Shown here in pieces: positions 38,991 to 52,780 of a DNA stretch of 64,000 bases (its first letter is position 1; each line of letters opens with the position of its first letter). This DNA comes from Octopus bimaculoides. Taxonomy: Eukaryota. The translations under genes and the position numbers were made by a program. The notes under the pieces are model-generated. The model saw only the letters and a program-made list of their open reading frames with translations, was not told where the DNA came from and ran no database searches. Location of the stretch: contig NC_068987.1 of NCBI RefSeq assembly GCF_001194135.2, positions 74,717,740 to 74,781,739 on the forward strand. Direction: 5' to 3'.

Positions 38991-41267
38991 AGAGGATTTA
39001 CAATTCAGATCATAATAGGAAAAAGAACAAGAATCAAGTAACAGACAGGGACTTTTAGTTCTAAGCTCTACTGACACTCTCCTTATCTATTCTTCCATTG
39101 ATAACAAAAAAGTTCCTTTTTTTAGGTATTAATAAATAAAATATTAAAAAAAGAGAGAAATGAAAAAATACTACAGAGTGGAAACTTAGCCCCAACCTCT
39201 TCCTCCACACTACCACTCCTGTTTCTGCTCTTTGGATAACAATTCTTTATTTCTTCCTTCTCAGCACCCAACCACCCACGTTGTGCCAACCACAAACCTA
39301 AGTTTATTATAGTAAGAATATTCTTGTTCTGTTTTTACCAAACCTCACCCACCTTTCCCTTTATTTTGTTGCTGTTGTCGCTGTTAATTAGCTTAATTTT
39401 ATTGGTTAATTAATTGATTCTTATGCTACATAGCAAACCACTTGAAGTAAATTATATACACATATGTACATATTCACATACACACAATGGTGAATGTATT
39501 TGCAGATAAAAGTATATATATATATTTCTACACACACACACATGCATGCACAAACTGAAGCACATGTGCATACACATTGTATGTATATATGTGTGTGTGT
39601 CTTTGTACTCTTGGTGGATGCAATTTGTCTGGATACTAAAAGAAAGTTTTTCTATTTGCCTTCCTTTTCTGTCTTTATTTTTCTTCTCCCTTCTCTCTCT
39701 CTCTCTGTCTCTCTCTTTCTCCCATTCTCCCTCCTGGGTTGTAAAAAAGATCAGTTTACATTCCAATAACTTGAACCAATTGTTGGGCTACAAGAACCGC
39801 TTTTCCTTGTCATCCTTACACCACCCAGTACAACCACCACCATTACCACCACTTAGAGCATCACTGCTGCCACAGCCGTTTCCATCATTTCAATTACCAC
39901 TATTGAACCAAAGCCAACAGTGGAGCTCTCTAACATGATTGCTCCATGTGCTAGAAGTAACGGACAAATTGTCCTCAAATCACACTGATTAACCACATAT
40001 AAATAATGATGAGCTTATTACGTACAGTGCTCGGGTGAAATATAGCTATGCTTGAAAAAACTGGATGGTCTTTGATTATGAACCTTCTCTCTCAGGGCTT
40101 ACCCTAGGTTAAACCGGAGCTATAAGACAACTATTATCAGTTGAATACTATGCATCACATCTCAGTCATTATCACTGCTATTATCAACATGACCATCGTT
40201 ATAATCAGCACTATCATAAGTGGTGTTACCTTAATATACATACATTTATCACTGGCACAATCATCACTGCTCCATCGTCACCACCATAACCACTTCTGTA
40301 CATCACTCTGTCAACAGGCCAAGAAATAACAGCCCTCAAATTACAACCTACTATCTTAAAATAGGACATGCTGGATAATGTTGGTTATTGATTTCTTACA
40401 TGCATGAAACTGACAGGGTGGTCACTGCTGAAATGTCTTTATTCATAGATACAGTCATACAGGACTGACATGGCTTAACAACAACTTTGTTAACATCCAC
40501 AAGTGAGCCTCTACACAGTCACTTGTCTTGCTAGAAATAGCACCTAAATTTCTCTGAAATCACATCTTTCCTTCTTGAGTAAGGAAGGACATGAAATATT
40601 GTAGTCCAAGATGCATTATATATCTGGATTAGGGATAACGTAGGACTGAACAACATCAACATAGGTGCAAGCAAGGTTGTGTGTTTAAGAAGTTCATTTC
40701 ACATCCACATATTTCCAGATTTCATGTTCAATCCTTCAGTGTGACAAATTTGACCAAACATCTTTTTGGTCAACCGAAGCCTTATGGAAACTGTGAAGAA
40801 GCCTCTCAGCCTCTACCTGCTCTTGGGTGATTTTGTTTGTCATCCTGTTTGGCAGCACCATTTATCTGACTATTGTGGGACAGATCTCCATTCTAGGGGT
40901 ATTTTGGAATATTGTACTGATTCCTATGACAGTAATCCATGAGTCTTGGGTTTTTCTCTTCTGCCTCATCACCCACCCACTACCACCTAGAGACCTTATA
41001 AAAGGCTTGGGTGGTACCCCAACAGCCAAATTACCCTCAAATCACACCATACTGTCTCAGAAAAGGGCACATTAGATAGTGTGACTCTAGGTTTCCTGCA
41101 CAAAGTAAAAAGACAGAATTGTCAGAGCTGGAATGTCTAATCATAGGTCTGTTCAGTCAGTAAGACTAAATAATAACAACCACAAATGGTAGTCTGTACA
41201 TGGTTGTTCAACCTGCTGGAAGTAACAGCAACGAAAATATCTCAAATACACACTATACTGTATGTAA

Positions 41268-41435
41268 CCCTTTAATATTTAGACCAGTCATATTCAACCC
41301 AAATATTCTGCCTTATTTTATGTTGAAACTGGCCAGAATCTTTAAAGTCTTGAGGCTCTGAGATAATGCATGATTAATTCAAAAGAATATGAATGAATAA
41401 GCATTACATTTGACAGAAATTTAAATACTAAAGGG
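41268..41435. mobile_element. piggyBac-like MITE, same family as 36284, opposite orientation
   Basis: GTAA|CCCTTTAATATTTAGAC...AAATACTAAAGGG|TTAA; the interior is the reverse complement of the 36284 copy. Confidence 0.7.
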
Positions 41436-42439
41436 TTAAAAGAATGACTTTGAAGAATGTTGTGCTCTCTTAGCTAGAAGGTCTTTGATTATTGGTCTAT
41501 TTAGTGGTGGCTGACCTTATGCTAGGCAACGATGAGATCAAATAGATCTTCTTAAATCACTCTACTATCTTTCAAAAGAAGAACAGACTCGATAATGTAG
41601 TCCCAAGATACACTATGTGTGAAAACAAATGGCTTAAAGTTTAGCTTTGGGTTAAAACAACAGTAGGACATATACTATATCTAAGAAAAAGAGACTGAGT
41701 GATCTGAGATGGAATACAGTTCTGCTGGATCAGTGCTAATCTGGAGCTAAAACAACAGACATGACATTCAGATTGTTGTTCTCTACACTAGCATCACCTA
41801 GAACTCATCTCCTGTACCATCTTCAGTGAATTAATTGAAGTATCTTTACCAACAGTATTTTCATTTTTGGGTAGGTTGTGATGTACATTTATTCTAAGTG
41901 AATTGAAAAATGAATTGAAGTTTGCATTTTAGTTATAGAAAGAAAGCAAAAATCTAACAGCAATTAGAAGGGATAATTTCAGGAGTCTAAGAATTAACTT
42001 CATAGAAAACTGAGTTTAGTAAGGAATTTATATCATACAAGTAGTTGTCCATCAGAGCTTGATTCTCAATCTCTCTCCTGTTTATAGTTCCCCAGGTCAT
42101 ATCAGTTTCATACTGACTGTTATGCAAACTTATGTATGCAAATGACCTCAATGTCATAGTTGAAGCTGTTAAAGAAAGTGCTGCATGTGGAACTGAACCT
42201 GAAGCCATGTGATTGCAAGGTGAACTTCTTTATCTTCATCACAGTCATATCTGTGCCATGATGGTCACAGGATTTGAGTTCTTGACTTCACAGTTAAACC
42301 TACAAAGATATGTAGCTGTGTATGTGTGTACATAGCTACCATTATACTATGGATACTATAGCCATACTGCTCTATGTGATCTACTCACACCACCACCCTA
42401 TATTAAAATATATCTCACAATACAGTTCAGTATATTCTA

Positions 42440-43090
42440 TCGGAGTCTCTCATTTCACCTTGGCCCTGCCTTGCCTATTCCCCATCCTCGTTGCTGAGAA
42501 TCAGGCACCATGGGTACATGTGTCATCTCTCATGCCATTGATTCCACGAACACCTCTGACCGTGAATGTGAATTCATCCAGACATCTTCTAGTCCATCCT
42601 TTGATGATGTCCAGTTAGCATCTGCTCAGTCTCCCCTGTTTCCCATTGACTCCCTCTTGGATGTAGGTGGGTACTGAGGTTCTGAGACTTCTGTGGCATG
42701 CCCAAATACTGTAGCTTTCTCTTCCTGATAGTTGTCAAATATTCTCTTTCTACTCCCATTTCCTCAATTACTATCTCAGCTGCAGAAGTACATTGTTTCA
42801 AATGATTTTGGTTTAGCAAAGTCAGAAGCACATTGTTTCAAATAATTTTGGTTTGGCAAAGTCATTTGCTCTTCGGGTCCAGCTTTCACATTCATACAGT
42901 GCAACAGGCCAAACTAGTGTCTGTAGAGTCTTTAATTTGATATTCTTATTAGTTTCTGTCCCTCATTCCAGATTGTATTGAGTGACTTTAAGACTGATCT
43001 TGCTGCCCTTAGTCTGCTCTTATTTCATGGGCTCCAATCTCCTGATTGTTCTATGATAGCACCCAGATCATTGGGTAAATTGATTATATT
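42440..43090 (-). mobile_element. RTE-clade LINE 3' fossil
   Basis: Minus-strand translation gives TLQTLVWPVALYECESWT and EYLTTIRKRKLQYLG, characteristic post-RT RTE motifs, with stops and frameshifts. Confidence 0.75.
42785..42864 (+). repeat. 40-bp direct tandem duplication inside the RTE fossil
   Basis: gaagtacattgtttcaaatgattttggtttagcaaagtca followed by gaagcacattgtttcaaataattttggtttggcaaagtca. Confidence 0.85.
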
Positions 43091-43893
43091 TGTGTAGGTG
43101 GGCTGTGTGTGTGTGTGTGTGTGGTTGTGGTAGCAAGACTTATGGTGAAAGTAATGGGAGTTTATGGTGTTGGTGGTAGTGGCTAAGGAGTGTATATTGG
43201 CTTAAGGAAATGATTGTTTATCTATGTGTGGTTTTGAATGTGTGTGTGTGTGTGGTTACAAGTGTATATATGTGTGTGTGTGTGTTGAAAGATGGATGAT
43301 GAGATGTGATAGATGTGTGTTCTCTTCCTTCTCACTACACTCCTTTCTTTTCTACAAAAGCAGTTCAGAGATTGGATTGTGTATGTATATCAGTGTCTGT
43401 AAGTGTGTAGGTGTATATGCATGAAAAAAAAAAATATTGTTTATCTTCACCCATCTCTTTAGAAGTTTCTTTTTCGAGTTGCTTCTTGCTTTTCCTTTTT
43501 TCTTTTTTTGAGTATTTTTCTCTTTCCTTCTCTTTTTTTTTATTTCATTTTTTTTCCTTAACATATTGCTTCCCTCTTCACTCTCTTTCCCCTCCTTCCT
43601 TCTACCCACCATCTTTACCCTCACCCTCTACTCTACCCCCCCCCCTCCGCTTCACATCTTGGGTGGCATCAAGCAGTGTGTTATATGTAGAGAAAGTCTA
43701 TAAAACTAACTGGGGGGTTCTTTTTTTTTTCTTTTTTGGAGCAGACTGACTGACTTTCAAGTGTGGTGTATATATGTATGTATATTTGTGTTTATGTATG
43801 AAATTGGTGTTATTTTCTCTGTGTGTTTGTGTGTGTGTAAGCACACATTACATGCATACATTTTATATATATACTTAGAAACATTTTATGTAG

Positions 43894-43894
<1 letters not shown>

Positions 43895-43966
<72 letters not shown>
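43895..43966. repeat. (TA)36 microsatellite
   Basis: Perfect dinucleotide run; one of many (TA)n, (CA)n, (CT)n and (AAT)n tracts in the window. Confidence 0.95.
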
Positions 43967-43969
<3 letters not shown>

Positions 43970-44290
43970 CATGAATGTGTGTAAATATGTACACATGCAC
44001 ACACATATCAAACTATACAAGTTCACAAATGCACACATTAAAGCAGAAGTATTCACATATGCACATGTGCACGTACATGTATGTATAATGTAATGCTTAA
44101 ATCTATGTAAATGTGACTATTTCTGTGTCTGTTGTGTTGTGTGTGTGTGTGCATGTGTTTATGCCTTTAAATTTGTGGTTCTGATTATTTGTCTTTCAGT
44201 ATATGTGTGTGTATGGTCATACATTTGTATGGTTGTATGCTTTGCTTGTGTACATATGTATCTGTGTGTGTGTGTGTGTGTGCACACGCA

Positions 44291-44470
44291 CTGGTATGTA
44301 TGTTTATACATCTGTGTGTGAGTGTATGCCATGTCTGTACGTGTGTTTGTGCTGGTATGTATGTTTATACATCTGTAAGTGTATGTCATGTCTACATGTG
44401 TGTGTGCTGGTATGTATGTTTATACATCTGTGTGTGTGTGTGTATGCCTTGCCTGTGTACATATGTGGGT
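44291..44470 (+). repeat. Three-unit minisatellite (~55-62 bp units)
   Basis: ctggtatgtatgtttatacatctgt recurs at 44291, 44352 and 44407. Confidence 0.8.
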
Positions 44471-44569
44471 GTGCGTGTGCAGTAAAGTAAAGCTAATTTA
44501 AAAACCTTCCTTTGCCCTAGTGCTGTCAGACTTTTACAGCAGTGATATAGAGTAACAGACATGATCTTA

Positions 44570-44965
44570 CTTAGACTATCACTACCACCACTACTACCAC
44601 CACTTCCATTACAGCAGCACTACCACTATCACTACCACCATTTCTTGTCAACACCACTGCCACCACCACTACCAACACCACAACTGTAATCTTCATAAAT
44701 AGCATTATCAATATCACCATTGTTACACTAGAAACACTGTTATACAAACACCACTCCATTAACACTACTATCGTTACACCATCAGCATCACCACCACCAT
44801 CACTTCTGCTAACCTTATCATTACTACCACCGTTTCCATCATCACCACCACTAATATCACCATCACCACCACTACCAACACCACCATTATTAACACTACT
44901 CCTGCTATCACTTACAACCACTACCTTCACTACCTCTCTGCCACCATTACTAACCATCATCACCA
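44570..44965. repeat. Degenerate (ACC/ACT/ATC)n trinucleotide low-complexity tract
   Basis: accaccactactaccaccacttccattacagcagcactaccactatcactaccacc... Confidence 0.8.
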
Positions 44966-46224
44966 TCTCTACATCTTACAATTCCCACAGTCTTTATTCA
45001 TTTCAAAAGAACATACACTGTTCTTCCTGTAGTACCCTTCCCCCAAACACACACACACACACACACCTTATAACTTGGGACTGGGACTACCATTGCTCCC
45101 TTCTCCCCTGTTATTCCACTATCACACATCCAAGGTTCCTGTATAGCATCTGTTTGTTTCTCAGGAGTGGATTGCAAGCCCATTGCCCTTGCCCAGCCCC
45201 CTCTTGTCTGAGTGGTGGGGAGAAGCATATGCACAGAGGGAGTTGTAGTTGGTACTGCAAGCTAATGGAACACACATCAAATTTACAGTGCTGCTGCTGC
45301 TTACAGTAGTGAGTGATTCAATCCTGTTGTATAGAGGACTTTAGGTTAAAACCACAAGAATTCTGTGGGGTTTTTTTCCCATAGACACAGCAAGGCGCCA
45401 GTGACAAGATATGATGATGATCTGCTTATGTTTTATAATTGTCTTGTAAGTCCATCAGCATAGCTGTAACTTTCCTTGTTTAACATGTGGGGCTCTCAAA
45501 ACTGATGAGTGATGAGTAACAAATTAATGAAAAATAGATAAATGAATAAAAGTAAAGGTCCAAGGCTTCAAATATAATATGTACAGTTGTTTAACCTCTG
45601 TTCAGATCTATCGTAGTCTAGCTGTGACTTAACTTCTCCCTTCTTCTTCTTCATTCACATCAAACATTATCTACATTGTCTAGAGCTATTTTATCCAGCA
45701 GAACCTTTTTAAGAAACATAGGATCTGAAATAGATTTGTCTTCTGTTCTTAGATTTCTGGAATGTAAAAGAAGCAGACAAAGGCACTCTTGTTGGTCCAT
45801 TATATTTTCTCATTAGCTGAAGGAGTCCATAGCAAAAGAGATGCATCCATTGAATAAAGTCTGGGAATTACTCAAAACAATTTACCATTTGTAATCTCGT
45901 AGTTTATTTTACCAATTATTGCTGCAGGTGGTTCCAGTTGTGATGGTGTAGTTAATGGAAAACTAATATGGGGTTTTAAGAATTTCAGGGAGTTGTGTAG
46001 ATCTGTAGACCCACAAGAGGTTTGTGTTTCCTTGTCCTGAAAAAAAAGGGACTGCATAAGGTATGCACAAGAAATGTGATACACAAACATTCAATGTAAA
46101 AGATTTGTAGGGGCTAAGAGAGAGATGTATGATTTGTTTGTTGTCCCTAACACCACCACTGGTGTCATGTTACCAACATGCCCCAAATCACCTGCATTAA
46201 TTCTTTTGTAATCATATAATCATC

Positions 46225-46440
46225 ATCATCATCATCATTTAGCATCTGCATTCCATGCTGGCATGAGTTAGACAGTTTGACTGTAACTGATAAGCCAGAC
46301 AGCTACACCAAGTTCGAGTCTGATTTCTCATGGTTTCTATGGCTGGATGCTCTTCATAATGCCAACCACTCCAAGAATGTAACTTTTTACATGTCACCAA
46401 CATGGGTTCCAATTACATGACACTGGCATCAGCCACGACA
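46225..46440 (-). mobile_element. SINE family D copy
   Basis: (CAT)n followed by ttagcatctgcattccatgctggcatg..ggctggatgctcttcataatgccaaccactcc. Confidence 0.7.
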
Positions 46441-47094
46441 TATATATTAAAAAGAAAATGCACTGTTCATATCTTTTAAACCCCAGTGCTTATTTTTTTA
46501 AGTATGATACTTATTCTAATGGTTTCTATTGCTAAACTGCTAAGTTATGGGCCATAACTAAAGCAACACACCCACACAAATGTACACATATATACACCAT
46601 AGGTTTCCACACAGTTTCTGTCCACCAGATTCTCTCACAAATCTGTGGTCAGCCCAGGGTTATAGTAGAAAATGTTTGTTTATTGCTTAATCAAGTGGAG
46701 GGGACAGTGGCCTTTCCAGAGCCTCTAAGATGGTTGGTTGTAAAGAAGGAAGATGTCTTCAAACTGTAGACCTAGCTAGAATATTTACAATAAAAGTGAA
46801 CTCTGCTAAAGAGTCCAGAAGTAATGTTAAGAGTGGAGAGTCATTAAGTCTACCACTCTTGCTGCAGGAAGATTTGAATTCAGAACACAAAAAATGAGCT
46901 GGAACAAATCCCACAATGCATTGCATCCTGCCTGATAACGTATTGGTTCTGCTCTAGACTGGTTCTTTATTTATCAACCCCCAAAAGATAAATGCTACCA
47001 TTGACCTTTGCAGGAATTGAACTCAAATTGAAATGAGCTGAAATAAATAGCATAAGACACTAATGCTTCTGCCAATTTGCCACCTAAAACTGAA

Positions 47095-47290
47095 AGCAGG
47101 GAGCTGACAGAATCATTAGCACACAGAGAGAAAATGCTGAATGGCTTTTCTTTCAGTTCTTTATATCGAGTTCAAAATTTCACTGAGGTCAACTTTGCCT
47201 TTCATCTTTTCAGGGTCGATAAAATGCGTACCAGTTGAGCATCTAATTCCTCTCTACTAAAATTGATAGCCTTGTGCCAAAATTTGAAAC
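47095..47290 (+). mobile_element. SINE family B copy
   Basis: gagctgacagaatcattagcac..gagttcaaaatttcactgaggtcaactttgcctttcatcttttcagggtcgataaaatg. Confidence 0.75.
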
Positions 47291-47489
47291 AGTTATTAAG
47301 CTAATGTTTGGAACATTATAACTTAAACAATTTTGACATAAAATTATAATGAAAGAAGGTTCTACTTTGCATATGAGGAGAGTTGTATTTCAGTGCAATA
47401 TTCATTTATTCTTTTACTGGTTTCAATCACTGGACTACATGAAGCCACACATGCATGATTATATCAATCTTATAATTGTCCACTCTTTA

Positions 47490-47860
47490 TGAGAGTCGGC
47501 TGAAAAGTTCATAGGCTGACTAAGATACTCTCATGGAATGTGACCAAATGGAGTTTATTTTGCAGTCCACATATGTTTTCCTCTGGTGTTGCAGTGCTTG
47601 GATCCTATTGGTGAAGAAACTTTCATCCTGTTGGTCAAAAAAGTTATCAACAGTAGATATGACGCAATCACTGCAATACTGGTTCCCAACCAAGTGTTTT
47701 TTCATGTTGGGAAACGGATGATAGTCACATGAGGCTAAGTCAGAAGAATAGGAAGGGTGGGCAACCAGTTCAAAGCCACAGTCACATACAGCAGCCATTG
47801 AAACCAAGTACTTGTGTGCTGGAACATTGTCCTGTTGAAAGAAGACCCCCTTTCATCAGT
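47490..47860 (-). mobile_element. Mariner transposase 3' fossil with terminal inverted repeat
   Basis: Translation QQDNVPAHK..VSMAAVCDCGFELVAHPSYSSDLASCDYHPFPNMKKHL matches the mariner HDNA..H and HPPYSPDLAPSDY motifs. The end is TA followed by tgagagtcggctgaaaagttcataggctgac. Confidence 0.9.
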
Positions 47861-50589
47861 TTTCCCCGAGTGTTTGGTAGGACAGAAAGACAAAATTGAC
47901 TTGAGTGTAAAGGGACATAATCAAGACAGAACTAAATACAAGTGCATTTTGTTGACCCTCTAATGATGCCATTATCCTTCGTATTATTCACACATTCATG
48001 TATAAATCTAAGAGAATGGCTTTCACACAGTTTATTTCTGTCTAGCAAATTTCACAAGGCTTCTCTCAACCTAAAGCTAGATTGAAGATGTTTTCTGTCA
48101 CACAGTAGGACAGAACTCAGAACCATGTAGTTGCAAGGCAAAATTTTTAACAATTCAGCTATGCCCATGCCTATATACAAATAAATAAAGCCTAGAGCTG
48201 TGGTTCTCAAAATCCTTGAGTATTTTAGGAATGAATTGAAGCACACAAAAGAAGCAGCCTATTCATATTTAGAAATAATATATAGAAATAATATGAAAGT
48301 GTTAAACCCACTTCCCAATGCTCGACTGTAATTACAGCTCTAATGTAATTTTTCAGTAATGTAGAATATCAATATCATAAAATATTTTCATTGATGAATA
48401 TATGCCACAAGCTGACTGATATGTGTGTGTGGCTAAATCAATTGGGAAATGTTTTGGACCAAGGTCTTCCAAATCACACTCACACTTTCAGTGAAAATGA
48501 AATGACACCAAACTCCAGTGGTTTATTCCCCGTCCCCATCCCATTTCACTCATACTCCCCACAAAATGCTAACCACAAGGCAGAGATCCTTGAATAATCA
48601 AGATGGTTTATTGTACAGGAGGAGAAATACTGAGTATTGTGACAGGTTTTGGTTGTGGTGGTGGTGGTGGTGGAGGTAGAGGTCCTCATGGTGGTGTGAT
48701 TGTTGTGAAACAATGAATACTACTGACTGTTTAAATGGTAATAAAACAAACTGCCCTCAATAAGAAGAACAATGTTAAAAGGAAAAACAAAGTTTACAAT
48801 CTAAGAACCCCGCCAGACTCACATGCTGATATATGTATGTATATATAGCACACAGTTTTAAGCATTTGAACAATTTGCTCATTAAGATGTATATAAAAGC
48901 CTGGTAGTTTGAATGGAGTTTGTTTTGTTGCTTGTGTCTGTGTACATGTGTGTTAGCTGGTGGCTTGTTGTATTCATGGGCAAGAATGGGCAAAAAAAAA
49001 GGTAAACAAATAAACACACACAGATATGCATACATGCATATACACATACATTGGGAAAGAATCAAACTGCCATTATATTTTGTTTATTTATTATACATGT
49101 GTGTATGTATGTGCACATACATATATACCTAATATATATAAATATATATATATATAATATATATATATATATATANNNNNNNNNNNNNNNNNNNNNNNNN
49201 NNNNNNNNNNNNNNNNNNNNNNNNNNNNNNNNNNATATATATATTATATATATATATGAAAGAGAGAGAGAGAGAGAATGCAGAGGGGAGGAGAGAAACG
49301 GCTTTTCCAAATGTGATGATAAATCTGCGTATTGTTATGGCAAGTGTTTTTACAGCCTTGAAATAGCTGAATGTTCTGCTCAAGGATTCATCGAAATATC
49401 AACAAGCACAATTCAATTCATACTGGAAGGAGGTGAAGGTCCCCCCTGGAGATGTTAGCCTCCCTCTTATTTGTTGAAGGTCAAAACCTGGTTCTGTCAT
49501 TAGCAATGGAAGAATGGGAAGGGGTTATGTTGAATTAAGAGGAAGAAAGTTGTTGCAGTGCTTATAATAGGCTTATAGTTCTAAGCAACTATTTGTTTCA
49601 GTCATTGGACTGTGGCCATACTGGGGCACCACCTTAAAGGGTTTATTTAGTCAAATAAATCAGCTCCAGTACTTATCGTTTTCTTTTTGAGTTAAGCTTC
49701 TGCGCAGTTACTTGACATGCTAGAAAAAGAAGTCAAATTACTGTGCAAATATAGTTGGTGATAGGTAGAGCATCCAGTTATAAAAACAAAGCCCAAACTG
49801 AAGCATTTATGTGGAACATAGCTCTCCAACGTATATGGAGAGGCAATAACTCCCAACAAGAACCAACCTGAATTGTAACAACCTGTTTAACCCATCCCAG
49901 CATGAAAGCAGGACATCATGATGACAAAAATGTGCATATGTATGTGTGTTGGTCTTAGTCTGTATCTCTGTTTGCCCCATCCCAGACACCAGTGTTGTTG
50001 GTTACAATTTAAAACTTTAGATTTGATTCCCAGATCAAGCTGCACATTGTGTTGTTGAGCAAGGTGTTTCACTTCACATTGCTCTTGTTTGTTCATTCTG
50101 CTGAAAATGAGTACCTGCTGTGGCAGAAACAGCAGCAAGTGGTTAATCTTGCAACCAACTTCTGCCTCTGTCCAAGAAGAGACTTCACAGGCAGGAGCAA
50201 CAAATGACGGCTTGGTATTGTGTTATCCAGTATAGGAAGGTTAGCTACTATGATAACCTGAATTACTCTGTTGATCTCAACTTGGTAACGGTGATGGTGA
50301 TGAAACAGTGATGTAACGATGGTAGTATTGTTGTGTTGTTAGTGGTGGTGGTGGTGGTGGTGGTTGATGGTGGTTATAACTAGAGTCAATTCCATCAATC
50401 ACATCCTTCCCAAAATGTGTAGCCATGTAAGAAAAGGGGATATCTTTATCATCTCTATCTTTATTATGCTGTTAATTTTTAAGAAAAAATAACGAAGCTT
50501 ATGAACCAATTTGCAAGCTGACAATCCCAAACTAGTGGTGAAATTCATGTTTAACTTCAGGTTGATCTTTACATAAGAGACCTTGTGAT

Positions 50590-51240
50590 CAAACAAGTTC
50601 CAGATATGACCATCACATTGCTTTCTTTCTTTCCAGACATTGTGTATCTAAGACTACATTATCAAACATGTCTTATATTTTTTTTTCAGAATATTAGAAT
50701 AGGATTTGATGGAAATCTAGCCACTAGTAGGTAGTGTATCTTTGAAACAGAGGGAAAGGAGTTACTTTATTGACTTGTGGTAATGTTCAACCCATATCAG
50801 CATTAATCAAGCTAACTTACAACCATAAGACATTCCAACCATGGCTATTCCATCTTTTTCCTGACATAGTACACACTGGACTACATTATCAAATATTTCT
50901 TTGCTTTCTTAAGAGATGATATAACTGACTTTGAAGGCATTCAGCTGCTATTTCTAACAAGTTGGACAAGATAAGTGTTTCCTTCTTGTTGCTTAGGCTT
51001 GATTCATGGTGGGGCTATTTCTTTTTTGTCCAAGGACAAGCCTAATCAAGCCAGCCTATGATGAAAGGCATTCTAGCTATGACCAGTGCATTTGCTTTTT
51101 TATGGTTATATCAGATAATTTACATTATCCAGTATGTTCTGTCTGTATTGAGTATGGCAGTGTGATTTGAAGGAAATCTGGTTGCCATTTCTAGGAAGTC
51201 AAATGACCACATTGAGGCTCCCCACAATGGCTCATGGTAA
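50590..51240 (+). repeat. Three head-to-tail degenerate copies of unclassified repeat family F
   Basis: Recurring ggcattcca(g/a)c..atgacca..ctacattatc..gatttga.ggaa.t.tggctgctatttcta pattern; other copies at ~460, 7250, 9000, 19460, 20870, 37960, 40350, 57320 and 59150. Confidence 0.6.
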
Positions 51241-51824
51241 TGATGTACATTTGGCTGATATATAAGATCAGTTTGAGCTCCCTATTTGTTGATGATATTT
51301 GTAGGGAAGGTAATATAAGGACCAGGTGAGATAAAGAAAGAATCAATAAATCCCAGAACTGGCCAAGTTTGTTTTAAAAAAAAAAGGGTCAGCCTATTTA
51401 TTTCACTGGAAATCTGTATAAAAGAGGAACATCTCAATATTTAATACTATTGACCCAAGCCCCCACCTTATCATACCTTCTCTTACCCCTCTTCCATTAG
51501 CAAGGACATCCAGGCTATTTCACATACAAAGAGCTCCGGAAGCAAGCAAGGAACACACACACCTGCCTCTCTCCATCTCCCGTCTTAGCAATGTCTTATA
51601 ACCCTTGCTGCCACCATCACCACCACAACTCCCACCTAATATGTGACTTCAGTTGTTTTACTAGAAGGTAGATAGAAAAGTAAGATCACTTATAAGAACA
51701 GCAAATAGATTGGAAAACCTAATTAAAACTTCAAGTCTGATCAATGGGGGCGGGGTTGACATTAATCATCATCATCATCATTATCATTTTATGTTTATTA
51801 TCCTTGTTGGTATAAGTTGTTATT

Positions 51825-51941
51825 GACATTGCATTTTATCCTTTTGGGGTCGATAAATTAAGTACCAGCTGAGTACTGGGGTCAGTGTAATCAACTATCC
51901 TTCTCCCCCAAATTTCAGGCCGTGTACCTATAATAGAAAGG

Positions 51942-51974
<33 letters not shown>
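51825..51974 (+). mobile_element. SINE family B 3' part with (ATT)n tail
   Basis: tttggggtcgataaattaagtaccagctgagtactggggtc..caaatttcaggcc..gaaagg followed by (ATT)n. Confidence 0.75.
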
Positions 51975-52576
51975 GAGAGAGCAGTGCATGCCATCAAAGT
52001 GACACTGGGGTAAAATATACGAAGCCCAGTATACCCATCATGGCTACCTGTCTGATAAGGGTACACCAGGCACATGCATCACAACCAATGTGCGCGACAT
52101 GGTGATCTCATATCAAGATAAACAGTGCATGACCTTGCAGGTGGGGCCCAGTTAGAATTTTCTTCAGGTCGAGTAGCCCATCCCGTTCAAAAGGTCCCTN
52201 NNNNNNNNNNNNNNNNNNNNNNNNNNNNNNNNNNNNNNNNNNNNNNNCCCTGAATAAGGTTTGTTTAAGGATGTTGAGCAAAACTCCCATGTTTCCAAAG
52301 GTGAATTATTCAAACCCCAAAGAATTCCTCTCAACACATGGCTATGATGCTCCCCCACTACTTCTGCTTGTGATCAGAGATGCACATATCGTCAGCCACC
52401 AAGGAACATGCTCAACTGGTTAAGGTCAAACAACTGACAAGCAAATCTGTGGTATTAAGCAGAATATTTGCTGTAGCCCATCTTTTATACCAAGACAAAA
52501 CAATGTACATGATAACACTTCCAATCAGTTAAGATCAGAAGCCATGAGAGCCACTGCTTGGTATCGCATCAGGGCA
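51975..52576 (-). mobile_element. Element C, longer copy (a short N gap lies inside)
   Basis: gagagagcagtgcatgccatcaaagtgacactgggg...gccatgagagccactgcttggtatcgcatcagggca; collinear with 18710-19186. Confidence 0.85.
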
Positions 52577-52780
52577 TGCTGGATGAAATGTTTAGCAGTA
52601 TTTTGCCTGGCATTATGTTTTTAGTTCAAATTCCACCAAGGTTGAGTTTATCTTTCATCCTTTCAGGGTCAATAAAATAAGTACCAGTTGGACACTGGGG
52701 TCGATGAAATGACTCATCCCGTCCCCCAAAATTGCTACCCTTGTGGCAAAATTTGAAACAATGATTATTATTATTATTTC
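52577..52780 (+). mobile_element. SINE family B copy lacking its 5' end
   Basis: gttcaaattccaccaaggttgagtttatctttcatcctttcagggtcaataaaataagtaccagttgg, ending in (ATT)n. Confidence 0.75.

Noticed and set aside
52190-52260. Apparent insertion inside element C
   Set aside because: CCCT is repeated on both sides of a 48-N gap and the other copy is contiguous here, so this is an assembly artefact.
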